Positions 26,290 through 34,733 of a stretch of DNA of 64,000 bases are shown here, piece by piece. Within the stretch, counting starts at the first letter, position 1. Each line of letters begins with the position of its first letter. A model generated the notes under the pieces. It was not told the origin of the DNA. It searched no databases and saw nothing but the letters and a program-made list of their open reading frames with translations. The DNA comes from Alphaproteobacteria bacterium (GTDB taxonomy: Bacteria; Pseudomonadota; Alphaproteobacteria; CALKHQ01). The stretch spans positions 64,001 through 128,000 of the forward strand of contig CBDDFZ010000002.1 of NCBI GenBank assembly GCA_965227515.1, given 5' to 3'. The position numbers were made by a program, and so were the translations under genes.

Positions 26290-27954
26290 TCAGTCGAATC
26301 CAAGTGCTTGGCGTTGGTTGTGCCAGTCGAGCGGCAGCTTGGGCAACCGCTTCAGACGTTCGGCTGTTAGCCCAATGGGCTGGCGACCATCGACGATCGC
26401 CTCAACGATGGACGGCGCGAGAAAGGCGAGTGGCAGGAACCTGCTGACGTCGCTTTCGTCGACCTCAAATACCGAAGCGATCTCTCGAACCGTACCGCAC
26501 GCCCCTGACGCCAGTGCGTCGAACCATAGCCGTGCTCGCGCGATCAACATCACGAGGTTTCGATCGGGCGAGACACTCGCACTGTCGGCATGGGCCAGTA
26601 TGATTTTTGTTTCGACTCCACGTCGGCGGAGGGTGATTGGGGCCTCGATCTGGTGTGTCGCCTGTTGGTCGGACACTGTCGATGCGCCGAGCAGCCGTGC
26701 AAGTTCTGCCAGGCCGATGGCAATTCGCAGATACGAATTCGTGACGTCGATTCGTCGAACGACTGGCCGGAGGGCGATCAGCGCGTCGTGTTCGGGCTGA
26801 GCCAGGACGCGATCTATGGAGGCGGTCGCGCGTACGATGTCGTTCGCATCGGTGACCCCGATTAGGTCGATCGTTGCTGCCTTGTCGCTTAGTGCATTTC
26901 TGAGGATCGATAGAATTGCCTGCTCGATCTTGGGTGCCGGCAATCGACATCCGTCACCACGTTGTCGCTCCCCAGTCATCAGTCGATGTGAGGCGTAGTA
27001 GCGATAGCGCCGGCCGTTCTTGCTGGCATGGGTGGGGCTCAGGCAATCGCCTGTCTCGTCGAACATCATGCCTGCGAGCGGAGCTGCCGATGTGGTGTTC
27101 CCGGCACGGCGGCGGGGCGCAGCGTTGTCCGTCAGCCGCGTCTGGACCGCGTGCCACAGCTCTGGATCAATGATGCGCTCGTGCCGCCCATCGAAGGTCT
27201 CACCCTTGTGCGGGATCTTGCCGGCATAAATGGGGTTCGCGAGGAGCTGATAGAGGTTGCCGCGACTGAATATCTTGCCACCGCTGTTTTGCCCGTTCTT
27301 CAATCTGCGGCGCTTTGTGTGGATGCAATCCGTCTCAAGCCGTTGTTGCAGCAGGCGTACCGAACCAAGTTCGAAGTAGAGCTCGAATATCCGCCGCACA
27401 TCGGCGGCCTCTCGTTTATTGATGATGAGCGCCTTGTCTCGCACGTCGTAGCCGAGGGGTGCTGGCCCGCCCATCCACATTCCCTTGCGTTTGGATGCCG
27501 CGATCTTGTCGCGAATGCGTTCCGCCGTGACCTCGCGTTCGAACTGGGCGAACGACAGCAACATGTTTAGCGTTAGCCGGCCCATCGATGTGGTGGTGTT
27601 AAACTGCTGGGTTACGGAGACGAACGAGACCTGCGCCGTGTCGAACCGCTCGACAATCTTGGCGAAGTCGGCAAGGGAGCGGGTCAGGCGGTCGACCTTG
27701 TAGACGACAACCACATCTATGCGGTTGGCTGCTATGTCCTCCAGCAGGTTGCGAAGGCCAGGTCGATCCATGCTTCCGCCAGAGAAGCCGCCATCATCGT
27801 ATCGGGTGGACACCAAGCGCCAGCCCTCACCAGTCTGGCTCCTGATGTAGGCCTCACAGGCGTCTCGTTGCGCGTCCAGGGAGTTGAACTCTTGCTCCAG
27901 TCCATCGTCTGTCGACTTGCGCGTATAGATCGCACAGCGCAGGGCATGGCGCAT
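26290..27954 (-). CDS. Large serine recombinase (resolvase + recombinase domains)
   Basis: CAIYTRKST (catalytic Ser), SLDAQR, YDDGGFSG, RPGL, VYKVDRLTRS, TSMGRLTLNMLLSFAQFERE, PLGY, LANPIYAG. Start trimmed to 27954. Confidence 0.96.
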   Translation of the reverse strand: MRHALRCAIYTRKSTDDGLEQEFNSLDAQRDACEAYIRSQTGEGWRLVSTRYDDGGFSGGSMDRPGLRNLLEDIAANRIDVVVVYKVDRLTRSLADFAKIVERFDTAQVSFVSVTQQFNTTTSMGRLTLNMLLSFAQFEREVTAERIRDKIAASKRKGMWMGGPAPLGYDVRDKALIINKREAADVRRIFELYFELGSVRLLQQRLETDCIHTKRRRLKNGQNSGGKIFSRGNLYQLLANPIYAGKIPHKGETFDGRHERIIDPELWHAVQTRLTDNAAPRRRAGNTTSAAPLAGMMFDETGDCLSPTHASKNGRRYRYYASHRLMTGERQRGDGCRLPAPKIEQAILSILRNALSDKAATIDLIGVTDANDIVRATASIDRVLAQPEHDALIALRPVVRRIDVTNSYLRIAIGLAELARLLGASTVSDQQATHQIEAPITLRRRGVETKIILAHADSASVSPDRNLVMLIARARLWFDALASGACGTVREIASVFEVDESDVSRFLPLAFLAPSIVEAIVDGRQPIGLTAERLKRLPKLPLDWHNQRQALGFD

Positions 27955-27959
27955 CACCG

Positions 27960-28391
27960 TTAACCACCTGCGCTCAGGCCGAAGAAGCGCGGCCCAGACC
28001 AACGTGCACCGGTGATCTGACGCGCGACTGCCGACAAGGATCTGTACCGCGTGCCATTCCAGATGAACTCGCCGTCGGTGACATCGACGACGTGGCTGAT
28101 GCCGTTCCACTCGCGCACAAGTCGGGTGCCGGTTGGAAGGCGTTGAGTCATCTGAAGGGGAGGTTGGCATGGCGAACCTCGCCCGTCTGCCAGCTTCTCC
28201 AGCTTGCGCGCGACGGCGGGCCGGAGCCCGCCGTGTTGCTGACATTGAGTGTGGTAGGCAACCGCGTGGGCCAAGATGCGGCGGCTGATTCCCTTTGGCG
28301 GTGCTGTGCTGAAGTGCATACGCCAATGTGCGACGAGGCCTTTCCGCGCCATATCCGCGACACCAACTGCCTCTTGCTTGATCTCAGTCAT
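27960..28391 (-). CDS. DUF2924-family protein
   Basis: GTRLVREWNG...YRSLSAVARQITGARWSGPRFFGL signature; immediately upstream of the recombinase. Confidence 0.88.
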   Translation of the reverse strand: MTEIKQEAVGVADMARKGLVAHWRMHFSTAPPKGISRRILAHAVAYHTQCQQHGGLRPAVARKLEKLADGRGSPCQPPLQMTQRLPTGTRLVREWNGISHVVDVTDGEFIWNGTRYRSLSAVARQITGARWSGPRFFGLSAGG

Positions 28392-28406
28392 TGGAAGCGA
28401 TTTGGC

Positions 28407-28967
28407 TCAGGCGCTGACGATGCGGTAAACGCGCCCGCGATCCTCAGCTCGCTCGCTGGCGACTTCGTAACCGAGCTTCTTCTTGACGGTGCCGCTGATC
28501 GCTCCGCGGATCGAGTGATGTTGCCAGCCCGTGGCAGCCGCAATCTCGTCGATTGATGCGCCATCCGGTCGTTGCAGTAGCTGGATCAATGCTGCCTGCT
28601 TCGTTGGCTTCTTGTCCGAAGTGGCGTGCGGGGTACTGGATGCGGCCTTGCCGTTTGCAGCCAGGTTGCCAACGCTGTTTGAGCGGTCACTCGAAGCTGG
28701 TTCTGGTGACTCGTCGATGCCGAGGGCTTCTCGACCCACGCTCGTCAATACCAGCGCAAGACCATCGTCACCGTCACGGCGCCAGATCTGTTCCTTCACA
28801 GTTGTTGGTTGCTCGACCAGGAGCCCGCGCTTGACCAGGCTCCTCAGCACGGTGGCGGCGGAACCCTTGTTGAGCTTGAGGCGGGATGGCAATGGGAGGG
28901 CGGCGCCGTCATCCCTCGCCGCGGCCGCTGACAGAATGACGAGTTGCGTGTCGGTGAGTTTGGGCAT
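28407..28967 (-). CDS. DUF3489-family protein (winged-helix-like)
   Basis: MPKLTDTQLVILSAAAARDD...TKQAALIQLLQRPDGASIDEIAAATGWQHHSIRGAISG...RVYRI; GGAGG RBS. Confidence 0.88.
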   Translation of the reverse strand: MPKLTDTQLVILSAAAARDDGAALPLPSRLKLNKGSAATVLRSLVKRGLLVEQPTTVKEQIWRRDGDDGLALVLTSVGREALGIDESPEPASSDRSNSVGNLAANGKAASSTPHATSDKKPTKQAALIQLLQRPDGASIDEIAAATGWQHHSIRGAISGTVKKKLGYEVASERAEDRGRVYRIVSA

Positions 28968-29213
28968 GTAAGCCTCCTGGTGTGAAGCGCCGCGGGATTG
29001 CGGCGCTCCCACCTTCCACAGCCCCGCCGGTCAGCCGGTCGGGGCGGGGCCGGAGGCGGCCCTTAACTCCTGCACACCATCCATGCTTGCCGTGCGGTGG
29101 AAGTCCAACGAAATAATGCGGGAGCTAACTTCAAGTCGACAGCAATCTATGCTAGAAGGCTGATTGCCTTAGATTAATTATTGCCTTTGTGCTGTTGTCT
29201 GTGGTGAGGAGCA

Positions 29214-30506
29214 TTGGGCGGAAATACTGAATCGTGCCACTGCAGGCTACAGCCGCATAAAGGGATTCAGTTGTCACAGTCGCGCTATACACGCACACTA
29301 AAGACGGTCATCGACGTCGATACGATGAAGACTATTTCTGCTGAAAACTTAATGGCAGCATCGCCAACGGAATACAATTTTATCCGTCGTGCCGCGACAC
29401 GATCCTGGCAGCGCGGCGATCCTCGCTTTGTGTGCGTTCGCTGCGGTCACCCAGTTTACGCACCATTGCTCTTCAAGCGACCGTATTGGAAGCACTTCGC
29501 TGGGGCCCCCTCCAATTGCCGGTGGTGGACAGGTCGAACCCAGTCTCCAGAGGCCGTCTCTGCGCGGCAGTTCCTGGGCAATCAAGAAAGCGCTTTGCAC
29601 CTCCGCATCAAGAACATAATCGCTGAACTCCTTGGTCTCGATCCCGAGACAGACGACATTGTCGTCGACAGGTTCATCGTCGCCGACGGAGGTCGGCGGC
29701 GTCCGGATGTCCGCGCCCGTTACGGGGGAAAAGGCGTCGCATTCGAAATTCAGCTTGCCACAACTCAGCTGCCTATAATACTAGCAAGAGAAGAATTCTA
29801 CGAACGACATGGCGTGCATTTGATTTGGGTAACATGGAATTTTGAGCCGGGAAATTTCGAAGATATACCACAATCAATAAAAGACATCTATACTGGTCAT
29901 AATGAGAATATTTTTTCCCTCGATATTGAAACTATAAACCAATCCAGACGTGAAGCGACTCTTGTGATTCGGGCGCACCACCTTGGTTCGCAAGGTTGGA
30001 TCAGTCGGTTGGTGACACTGGATCAACTGACTTGGCCAATTGAAGCGTTACCCTACGCAATTGCACCAGTCGAAGATTGGTCCGAAAAATTCAAGAAAAA
30101 ATGGATATCTAACCATGCAGCCGGGCGTATGACGTGGCAAACAGAGTGTGAATTTCTGGCTACGTTAATTAATTGCCTCCAATTGCCATGCACGCCCTCC
30201 GACTTACAATCCTGCGACCTCACGTCACTAATCAATTGTCTTCTCTCTCTGGAGACCGGTCATCCTATCGGCAGCGCCCAATCAAATATTCTAGAGGTCT
30301 TAAATACCTTTTTATATGCGAAAAGACGGCACCAGTATGCAAAAATTCTTCAGTTCGCTGCGCAAAGGACAGGACATTCAAATCTGTTGAGCGCTAAATC
30401 TGTAGTTGACAAGCTTGAGGTGGCGCTCGCCGCCAAACAAGTCGAAAGATCAACATATGCTGCCAGAATTGTGCGAGCTCTCTTTCCCAATTGGCTCTCT
30501 CAATGA
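29214..30506 (+). CDS. CoiA-like / DUF6035-type zinc-finger PD-(D/E)xK nuclease
   Basis: CVRCG...KHF...C zinc finger, QESALH, RRPDV...AFEIQL nuclease core, FYERHGVHLIWV. Visibly lower GC; start uncertain. Confidence 0.72.
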   Translation: MGGNTESCHCRLQPHKGIQLSQSRYTRTLKTVIDVDTMKTISAENLMAASPTEYNFIRRAATRSWQRGDPRFVCVRCGHPVYAPLLFKRPYWKHFAGAPSNCRWWTGRTQSPEAVSARQFLGNQESALHLRIKNIIAELLGLDPETDDIVVDRFIVADGGRRRPDVRARYGGKGVAFEIQLATTQLPIILAREEFYERHGVHLIWVTWNFEPGNFEDIPQSIKDIYTGHNENIFSLDIETINQSRREATLVIRAHHLGSQGWISRLVTLDQLTWPIEALPYAIAPVEDWSEKFKKKWISNHAAGRMTWQTECEFLATLINCLQLPCTPSDLQSCDLTSLINCLLSLETGHPIGSAQSNILEVLNTFLYAKRRHQYAKILQFAAQRTGHSNLLSAKSVVDKLEVALAAKQVERSTYAARIVRALFPNWLSQ

Positions 30507-31174
30507 TTCCCGTCTGCATCCACAACGAACTTGAACTCAACCTTTAGGACGTCTGCCCCGCGCTCGAAGTGTAAGCGCGGCCGGGCTCTCGTGAACCGGA
30601 CCCCGCTGCGGCGCGCGCACCGCACCCGGTCCCGGCCATTCGGCTTCGATCTCTGGCAGGCTATTGTCGCAGCCGGGGACTGACATGTCCGCCCCCGGCC
30701 ACTTCTCTGCTCCGCACCGCAAGCGGTGCGCTTGGCACCCTCTTTACCAGCTTACATTGAGACGCGGCGGCCTGACCCAATAGCCCCGTCCGGGCTGGCC
30801 CGCAAAACCGTGTGGCCCGGACGCCTTCGGCGCCGCAAGCGGCGGAGCTTTGGGGCCGCAGCCCTTCGATCTCGCGCCAGGAAAGCCCCGCGCAGCATGC
30901 GGGGCTTTCTTTCGTTCTGACGCTCGGCGCTGGCCAGGGGTGTATGCGCACTTTTGCGTCCAAAGCGAAGGGGATGAACCCACAAATCAGGACGACGGCC
31001 AGCGTCAGTCCGACTCCTGGCTGCCGGAAGCGATGGAATTTCGTTCGGCTGAGCCAAATCCTTTGGCCGAGTTCTGGCGATTGGGGCTGAGAGCTCAGAC
31101 TACGCTGAATGAACCGGCCGCTGGCACAGGCGAGCGGCCGGCTCTCTCTTGCCAACTGACAGCAACAATATCTC

Positions 31175-32062
31175 TTAGCAGCTGAAGAAACCGCGATAGC
31201 CTACGGTCAACCCCTCGTCGAGCTGAAACAAGAGCTCCGCATTCAACCGGCCCCACGTGTCGGCTTCATCGTCGGAAAGGGCGTGAACCGTAATGGCGAC
31301 TCCTTCCGCTTCGAACGTCGCATCACCGCTAGCTGCGTCGGCGCGCGCTTCAAGCGGCACGATAACACCGTTGAGCTCCATCACTGCCTGGGTCGCCGCA
31401 TCGTCCTCGGGCGATTGTGTCCACAGGATGGGGTCGGACTCCACGGTGCGCCGGAAACCGCAATGCGGCCCCGCTCCCAGCACATCGTCCGCCTGGTCCG
31501 GCGTTAATGGCCCCGGGTCCAGGGTGGAAATCAGCGTATTCGAAAGAGCATCCGCGATGGTGCCGACTTGCGGAGGTGGATCACGGAAGATGTCCGCCTG
31601 TTTCGCGGAATCGTTGCCGGAAAGATCGGCGATGAGGTAGCGCATTTCCGCGATCTCGCGCTCCTGCGCCTCGATGATCCCGTTGGCCAGCTTGCGCACC
31701 CGTGCGTCTTCAATGCCGGCTCGCTCCGAGGTCATGATCGCGATCGAATGGTGCGGGATCATCGCACGCATGTAGCTGGGCCCGCTCACCGTCACCTGGC
31801 TTCGCACCAGCCACAAGGAGCCGGCGAACACCACGATAGCGCCGAGGAAAATCGCCACATTAGCCTTATTGTTCGCGTACATGCCGAGCATGAAGGCCAG
31901 CATCACGAACGCCATGGTGGCGCCCATCAGAACGGCCATGTAGGCGCGTGTCTCGCTGAAGAAAACATGCTCCCAGGCGTAGGTGTTCAGGTACATGAGG
32001 ACGAACATCACCACCGTGGAGGTGGCGATCATCGCCGCAAATCGGAGATATGAACCCTTCAT
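31175..32062 (-). CDS. DUF305-domain membrane protein
   Basis: Three N-terminal TM helices, then YMRAMIPHHSIAIMTSE...IIEAQEREIAEM (DUF305 ferritin-like fold). Confidence 0.85.
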   Translation of the reverse strand: MKGSYLRFAAMIATSTVVMFVLMYLNTYAWEHVFFSETRAYMAVLMGATMAFVMLAFMLGMYANNKANVAIFLGAIVVFAGSLWLVRSQVTVSGPSYMRAMIPHHSIAIMTSERAGIEDARVRKLANGIIEAQEREIAEMRYLIADLSGNDSAKQADIFRDPPPQVGTIADALSNTLISTLDPGPLTPDQADDVLGAGPHCGFRRTVESDPILWTQSPEDDAATQAVMELNGVIVPLEARADAASGDATFEAEGVAITVHALSDDEADTWGRLNAELLFQLDEGLTVGYRGFFSC

Positions 32063-32077
32063 GTTGGCTGCCTTCCG

Positions 32078-32593
32078 CTAGACGAACAGCAGAACCGCGG
32101 CCATGGCGATCATGCCGAGACCCTCGGTCAGAGTGACGGTGGAGAGCGGCACGCTCAGCACATTGCCCATGCACGGGCAATCGATGTCCAATCCCTTATG
32201 CATTGCATTCAGGACGCCCAGCGTGCCGAACCCGAACACGACGATGGTCGCGATGTAGCTGACCGTGGGCTCGAAGAACGACAGATAGGCAAGCCCTAGT
32301 GCCAGCTCGATGAATGGGTAAACGTAGCCGTAGGCGTGGACCGGTTGCGCCAGCAGGTCGTACATGGCGAACCCGTCCTTGAAGCCCTCCAGGTCGAACA
32401 GCTTCAAGAGCGCAAACACCAGCAGGAACACGCCCATGTAGGCATGCATGAAGGTGCGCATGGTGAAGTCCTGGAAGCCGGCGGAGATCGCCCAGGCGCC
32501 CAGACCGGAAACCAGAACCAGGGATATCAGCGGCCAGTAGTCACCGATCGAGGTGCCCCGGCCCTCCTCGCGGACATGTACGCCTTCGCTCAT
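32078..32593 (-). CDS. MauE/DoxX-family redox-associated membrane protein
   Basis: FALLKLFDL..F..GFAMYDLLA...YPFIELALG...DCPCMG...PLSTVTLTE. Confidence 0.82.
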   Translation of the reverse strand: MSEGVHVREEGRGTSIGDYWPLISLVLVSGLGAWAISAGFQDFTMRTFMHAYMGVFLLVFALLKLFDLEGFKDGFAMYDLLAQPVHAYGYVYPFIELALGLAYLSFFEPTVSYIATIVVFGFGTLGVLNAMHKGLDIDCPCMGNVLSVPLSTVTLTEGLGMIAMAAVLLFV

Positions 32594-32647
32594 GTGCCCA
32601 TCCATTTGTTTGGAACTGGAAGGAGAACGAAGCGCAGTGCAGAGCGG

Positions 32648-32676
32648 TTCCACCTTTCGCCTACTGGAAGGTGGAA
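32648..32676 (-). promoter_or_regulatory. CueR-type operator upstream of the MauE/DoxX and DUF305 genes
   Basis: Minus strand reads ACCTTCC-agtaggc-GAAAGGT, inside the longer palindrome ttccacctt...aaggtggaa. Confidence 0.7.
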
Positions 32677-32721
32677 TCGCACATTGCCGGCATGCGAGGG
32701 ATCGGTTGTCCGTCCAGCCGC

Positions 32722-33234
32722 TCAGGCACGGTCCAGATGGCGTTCTGGCTGCCCTTGAGTGGCCGGCATGCAATCCAGTCGAACGATCATGGCGGTCAAC
32801 ACCTCACATGCATCCCGTACCTGTTGCAGATCGAGCTCGGCTGCGAGCGTGCCGGCGGTTTGGAGTTCCAATGGGCGTAGAGCACCAATCACACGCCGCC
32901 CGCTTTCGCTCAGAGTCACGGTCTTGGCACGACGGTCTTCGGGCGCCGACCGCAACTCAACCAGCCCCTGCGTCCGCAGTTCGGCCACAAGGCGCTGGAT
33001 GTACTGACGGCTGACCGAGGGCCGCATCCGCACCATGTCCGCCAGCGTATGCGGCCCCTTCGCGGCGAGATCGTTGAGCAAGCTACGCTTTCCTGGGGTC
33101 AGGCCGTGGGGCGCGTACAACACTTCGGCGGCCGCTGTGAGGCGATGGTAGAGCGGCGGCACCTGCCAGATGATGCGCAACATCGCCTCCGCGGCGTGTT
33201 GATCGCCCGCCGTCGACTGCTCCTTGCCTGCCAT
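32722..33234 (-). CDS. MarR-family transcriptional regulator
   Basis: Winged helix VSRQYIQRLVAELRTQGLVE...EDRRAKTVTLSESG. Confidence 0.88.
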   Translation of the reverse strand: MAGKEQSTAGDQHAAEAMLRIIWQVPPLYHRLTAAAEVLYAPHGLTPGKRSLLNDLAAKGPHTLADMVRMRPSVSRQYIQRLVAELRTQGLVELRSAPEDRRAKTVTLSESGRRVIGALRPLELQTAGTLAAELDLQQVRDACEVLTAMIVRLDCMPATQGQPERHLDRA

Positions 33235-33267
33235 CGCACCGCCCCCTTTGGAATGACATCGAAATTT

Positions 33268-33287
33268 TTGACAACTGGAGTTGACAA
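33268..33287. promoter_or_regulatory. Probable MarR operator in the divergent promoter
   Basis: Near-palindrome TTGACAAC-tgga-GTTGACAA between the marR-like gene and the methyltransferase gene. Confidence 0.45.
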
Positions 33288-33317
33288 TATTGCCAAGTCG
33301 AGACCACACTCACAAGC

Positions 33318-33785
33318 ATGGTGACCACGGAGGAAGCGCCCGGTATTCGCATCATTCCGCCGCTGCTGTTCCTGGCGGCGCTGGGGGTCGGATTCGGGCT
33401 CGACGCACTGTGGCCAGCTGCAATATTGCCGGATGCGGTGCAATACCCGCTGGGCGCTGTGCTGATCGCGGCGAGTCTTGTCGTGCTGGCGCCGACCCTG
33501 CTGGCCTTCCGCCGCGCTGGCACCCCGTTCGACGTCAGGCGCCGGGCCGAAAGCCTGGTCACCGGCGGGCCGAACCGGTTCTCGCGCAATCCCGGCTACG
33601 TGGCGATGATCGCGACCTGCATCGGCATCGCCATCATGGCCGACCTGGTGTGGGCCCTGCCCTTCCTGGCGCTGGCCACCGTCATCCTCGACCTTGCCGT
33701 GGTGCGGCGGGAGGAGCGGCACCTGGCGGCGCGCTTCGGCGCGGACTATGCGGCCTACCGAAACCGCGTGCGCCGCTGGCTCTGA
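33318..33785 (+). CDS. Isoprenylcysteine carboxyl methyltransferase / PEMT-family membrane protein
   Basis: IPPLLF, LVTGGPNRFSRNPGY, REERHLAARFGADYAAYRNRVRRWL. Confidence 0.9.
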   Translation: MVTTEEAPGIRIIPPLLFLAALGVGFGLDALWPAAILPDAVQYPLGAVLIAASLVVLAPTLLAFRRAGTPFDVRRRAESLVTGGPNRFSRNPGYVAMIATCIGIAIMADLVWALPFLALATVILDLAVVRREERHLAARFGADYAAYRNRVRRWL

Positions 33786-33806
33786 GCCGTTTCCGTCAGT
33801 TGCATC

Positions 33807-33928
33807 TCAGTGGAGCGGCATGCCGCGCGCGATGGCCAGATGATGCGCTTGGTGATGCGCGCCGGTCGCCATCAGCCCAAAGAAGCCCAGCGCCTGGATG
33901 CGGGCCACGTCGGCCGCATCGGCGGCGG
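33807..33928 (-). pseudogene. 3' fragment of a paralog of the 37546-38118 gene
   Basis: Encodes AADAADVARIQALGFFGLMATGAHHQAHHLAIARGMPLH*. 107 bp (33822-33928) match 37564-37670 with 5 mismatches. Confidence 0.85.
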
Positions 33929-34025
33929 CGCCTAAATCGATCGTGCGTTGTGGCGGCCTGGGCCTCGCATATCTTGCTCAAAGCAATGGGTGCCGGCCAA
34001 CCATCGGTCGCCGGCACCCGAAGCT

Positions 34026-34730
34026 TTAGAACATTAGCCGAAGGCCGGTCAGGAGGAAGAACTCGCCCGCCTCGTTGCCGTCTTCCCGGGCCAGCGACGC
34101 CGTTTCGCCGAACGCCCGCTCGTAGTGGACGCCGACGTAGGGTGCCACCGAGCGGTCGATCAGGTCGTAACTGAGCCTGGCGCCCACCTCCAGTTTCGGC
34201 CCCCAGGCGCCGAGTCCGACCTCATGATCGTCGGTCAGCGGCAGGTCGACTTCCAGGGACGGGGTCAGGATCAGGTAGTTGGTGATGAGCGCCTCGTACT
34301 CAGCTTCCATACGCAGAATGGCCTCGTCGGCAACGAGCAGGTCGGCCCCGATGTCGACCCATTGCGGGGCCAGGCCCCGGATTCCGATGAGGCCGTACGC
34401 TCGATCGGGTCCGCTTGGCGCGTCATAGCTCACTCCCGCCGTAATGTCGGCGAAATCCGAGATTGGCATCTGAACCCGCAATTGAGTTTCCAGGGTCTCG
34501 AATTCGTCTTCGTGGGTAGCGAAATTCGCCTCGCTGCCGAGAAAGAGCTTGATCTCGTCGGTGCCGATCAGCGCCTCACCCTCCCAGTAGAGCTGGTCGG
34601 TGTCGTCGCCGAAGCGGTATTCCACCCGGTCGACCTTCACGCCCCAAATCAGTGGCTCTTCCGCCGCATGCGCGACGGCGGGCAGATATGCGGTGGCGGC
34701 GACAGCCGCCAGTGGTGCAAGCCGTGCCAT
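34026..34730 (-). CDS. copB: Copper resistance protein B (outer-membrane CopB/PcoB type)
   Basis: Signal peptide, GIRGLAPQW, EAEYEALIT, APYVGVHYERAFGETA, terminal Phe; downstream of the CopA-type oxidase. Confidence 0.88.
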   Translation of the reverse strand: MARLAPLAAVAATAYLPAVAHAAEEPLIWGVKVDRVEYRFGDDTDQLYWEGEALIGTDEIKLFLGSEANFATHEDEFETLETQLRVQMPISDFADITAGVSYDAPSGPDRAYGLIGIRGLAPQWVDIGADLLVADEAILRMEAEYEALITNYLILTPSLEVDLPLTDDHEVGLGAWGPKLEVGARLSYDLIDRSVAPYVGVHYERAFGETASLAREDGNEAGEFFLLTGLRLMF

Positions 34731-34733
34731 CGC

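Noticed and set aside
27955-28326. N-terminal extension making the recombinase 678 aa
   Set aside because: It overlaps the DUF2924 gene in another frame, and the catalytic domain begins at MRHALRCAIY (27954).
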